A DNA stretch of 64,000 nucleotides from Antedon mediterranea (taxonomy: Eukaryota; Animalia; Echinodermata). Every line of letters begins with the position of its first letter. Positions within the stretch are counted from its first letter, which is position 1. Where the stretch lies: positions 11,284,001-11,348,000 of the forward strand of contig NC_092672.1 of assembly GCF_964355755.1 (NCBI RefSeq), in the 5' to 3' direction. The position numbers and the translations under genes are program-made. This document shows positions 61,980-64,000 of the stretch, one piece after another. The notes beneath the pieces are model-generated. The model was not told the DNA's origin, searched no databases, and worked only from the letters and a program-made list of their open reading frames with translations.

Positions 61980-62814
61980 TTAATGTAGGCTATCGAATTG
62001 TAAAATTATACTACAAAAGTTTAACAGTATTTTAATTATCATCAACAAGGCGTATAATAGATATACATATGTTATTCATTAACCAATATGACACCTATTC
62101 ATTTACACATTTAGCAAAGTACTTTAACCATATCCAGCTACGTATCAGTCTCTTGGATTGTCTCATTGCAGACATCCATACCTGTGTGAACATACACATG
62201 TTGTTTACTGTTACTGTGTTCAACTACATCACCAATCCTCCATGAAAAAAAACGTCAATTGTGGGAGAGTGGGGTTGGGAGATAGGGGTTGGGTTCAGGA
62301 GATAGTGGGGATTTTGCTTACACCAGAATTGTGGTTGGAAAATGTTAAAGTATTTAATCATCCCTGGGAAGCGGATGGGAGTTTGGGGTGGGGATGTAGG
62401 CCTATCACCATGACCGAAACTGTATTTGGAATGTTTTAAATTACATTTGAAAACTGCCACTGAAGGATTATGGGTTGGGAGTGATAAGGCCATGTAAAAA
62501 AAAACAACAGTTGATCGTCCTGGTTTTCTAAAAAAAGGAAGGAAGAGGCTCTTTTTATTTTTTATTTTTTATTTTTCCAAGATGGCGACTCACTACCGTA
62601 TTTTCTTGAATAAACATGCCGCTATGAATAAAAATCACTCCCACCCCTCGCAATTCAAATAAATATGGTAAGTACTGTAAGATGTCTAAACAAACATAAG
62701 TATACAGAACAGCAAATATTAAAATACACATTTTTTTTTGTTTTATCAGGGGGTCACAATAAAAGTCCTTTTTGTACACTTTGACTTTATATCAAACTTC
62801 TGGATATTATTAGC

Positions 62815-63155
62815 CTACTGTGGCACAAATGCTCTAGTGATTTTCCTTTTGGGTGTTTTGCCTGATACCTTACAAAGTGGATAATTCATGTTCTCAATTG
62901 ATAAATTGTGCTCAGTTCCACAATAAAAGCACAGGGGGTCTGTGAATGTTATGTAATAAGCTGCTTCGATAGGCAGGGCACATGTCATTTTGTCATTGAC
63001 AAAAACAATAGAATCGTCCTCTCCCAGGATGTCTTGAAAACAAGTTCCACATGAATACGACAGTGTGTCCAGTTCTCGTTCCAAGAGCTGCCTTTGGTCA
63101 CGCTTCAGAACATGTGCTGCATAACATACTCGCCACTTGAAGCATTCTTCACACT
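62815..63155 (-). mobile_element. Cys-rich C-terminal fragment of a DNA-transposon protein (tentatively Sola2-like)
   Basis: CEECFKWRVCY..LERELDTLSYSCG..VFVNDKMTC..PIEAAYY..CFYCG..YPLC is a pattern seen in invertebrate transposase C-termini. The family assignment is from memory only. Confidence 0.45.
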
Positions 63156-64000
63156 AGAATAAAGAATGAAAAATATTAGGGGTAAATATATGGTAAATTC
63201 AGTTGTGTTGAAAGAATTCTGAACATGACAATAATATGATAATATGACATCCAAAGAGGGAGGGAATATCAATGCATACACACATATTTTTAAAACAGGA
63301 CGTGGGTCATGTACCCGAACACGTCCGTAAACATCTAGCCATATGGGACAGTTTCAACCCAGCCGGGTCGATTCGCCCCTCTATGGATAGGCAAACTCTA
63401 CACTCTCTCGCGACAATATGCTAGCCTACAGTTTTGTTACTTCTATATGAACATTTTTACCGAACAATTACTCACCTCCGTAGTTTGGTATTGGTCTCCT
63501 ATCGGTCCACCTTGATCGAATTCGCCGCCTGCAAAATCAGAGAAAATGTCTGCGAGAGTACGTCGGCCGTCCACTACACCGTTCTCGCATACCAAGGGCC
63601 GGCTTCACGATTTTTGTTGCAGTCCGAATCGAAACACAAATAAAAACCATGTTGTTTATCTACTAGACTATGTAGTCTAGCAGTATCCTACTATCCTAGA
63701 TCAAATTATTATGTAACAATTGATAAAAGGACTAAAAAGTAGGCCTACCAAGGAACCAATAATTATAAATATTAATAGTGTATACTGTAACTCAAATGTA
63801 TAGAATATAGTGATAAAAACAAGGTAGAAACGAAAACATGTGGTGCATCGATGGAGCAATCGTAAACGTTCTCCAAATCCAGTCGTTTTTTGCTTCACGG
63901 CAACATTTTTAAGGAGTAGCGAGCATATAGCGGCTGTGAAAATTCTAATTAGATCCAGACGTTTATGTAAAATATTATACCCATGATGAGTGTAATTCAA

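Overview
This is AT-rich, intron-containing animal genomic DNA. It is probably from a marine invertebrate deuterostome such as an echinoderm, which is an inference from gene content and repeat types. Four genes can be spliced together by hand, plus the first exon of a fifth. (1) + strand, <1..10192: a mosaic immune-type protein made of an F-type (fucose-binding) lectin domain, an Ala/Glu/Arg helical spacer, 5 SRCR domains and a short Trp/Cys tail. (2) - strand, 12513..20977: a ~931-aa coiled-coil, Q-rich protein with a Phe-rich C-terminus, resembling the synaptonemal-complex protein SIX6OS1/C14orf39. It needs one U12-type GT-AG intron and one GC-AG intron. (3) + strand, 26039..44400: FARSB (15 exons, ~593 aa) with a U12 AT-AC intron. 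(4) - strand, 49046..56746: GLT8D1-like (8 exons, ~365 aa). (5) A signal-peptide first exon at 59239. Introns and spacers are full of transposon-derived sequence: L2, Rex/Babar and RTE LINE relics, a young 875-bp mini LTR element, TTAA-flanked Kolobok- and piggyBac-like elements, Harbinger-like MITEs, foldbacks, two tiny P-element-like footprints and several tandem arrays. CTAG/AGGCCT-rich palindromic tracts recur near gene 5' ends. All homology calls come from recognising motifs by eye; no searches were run.
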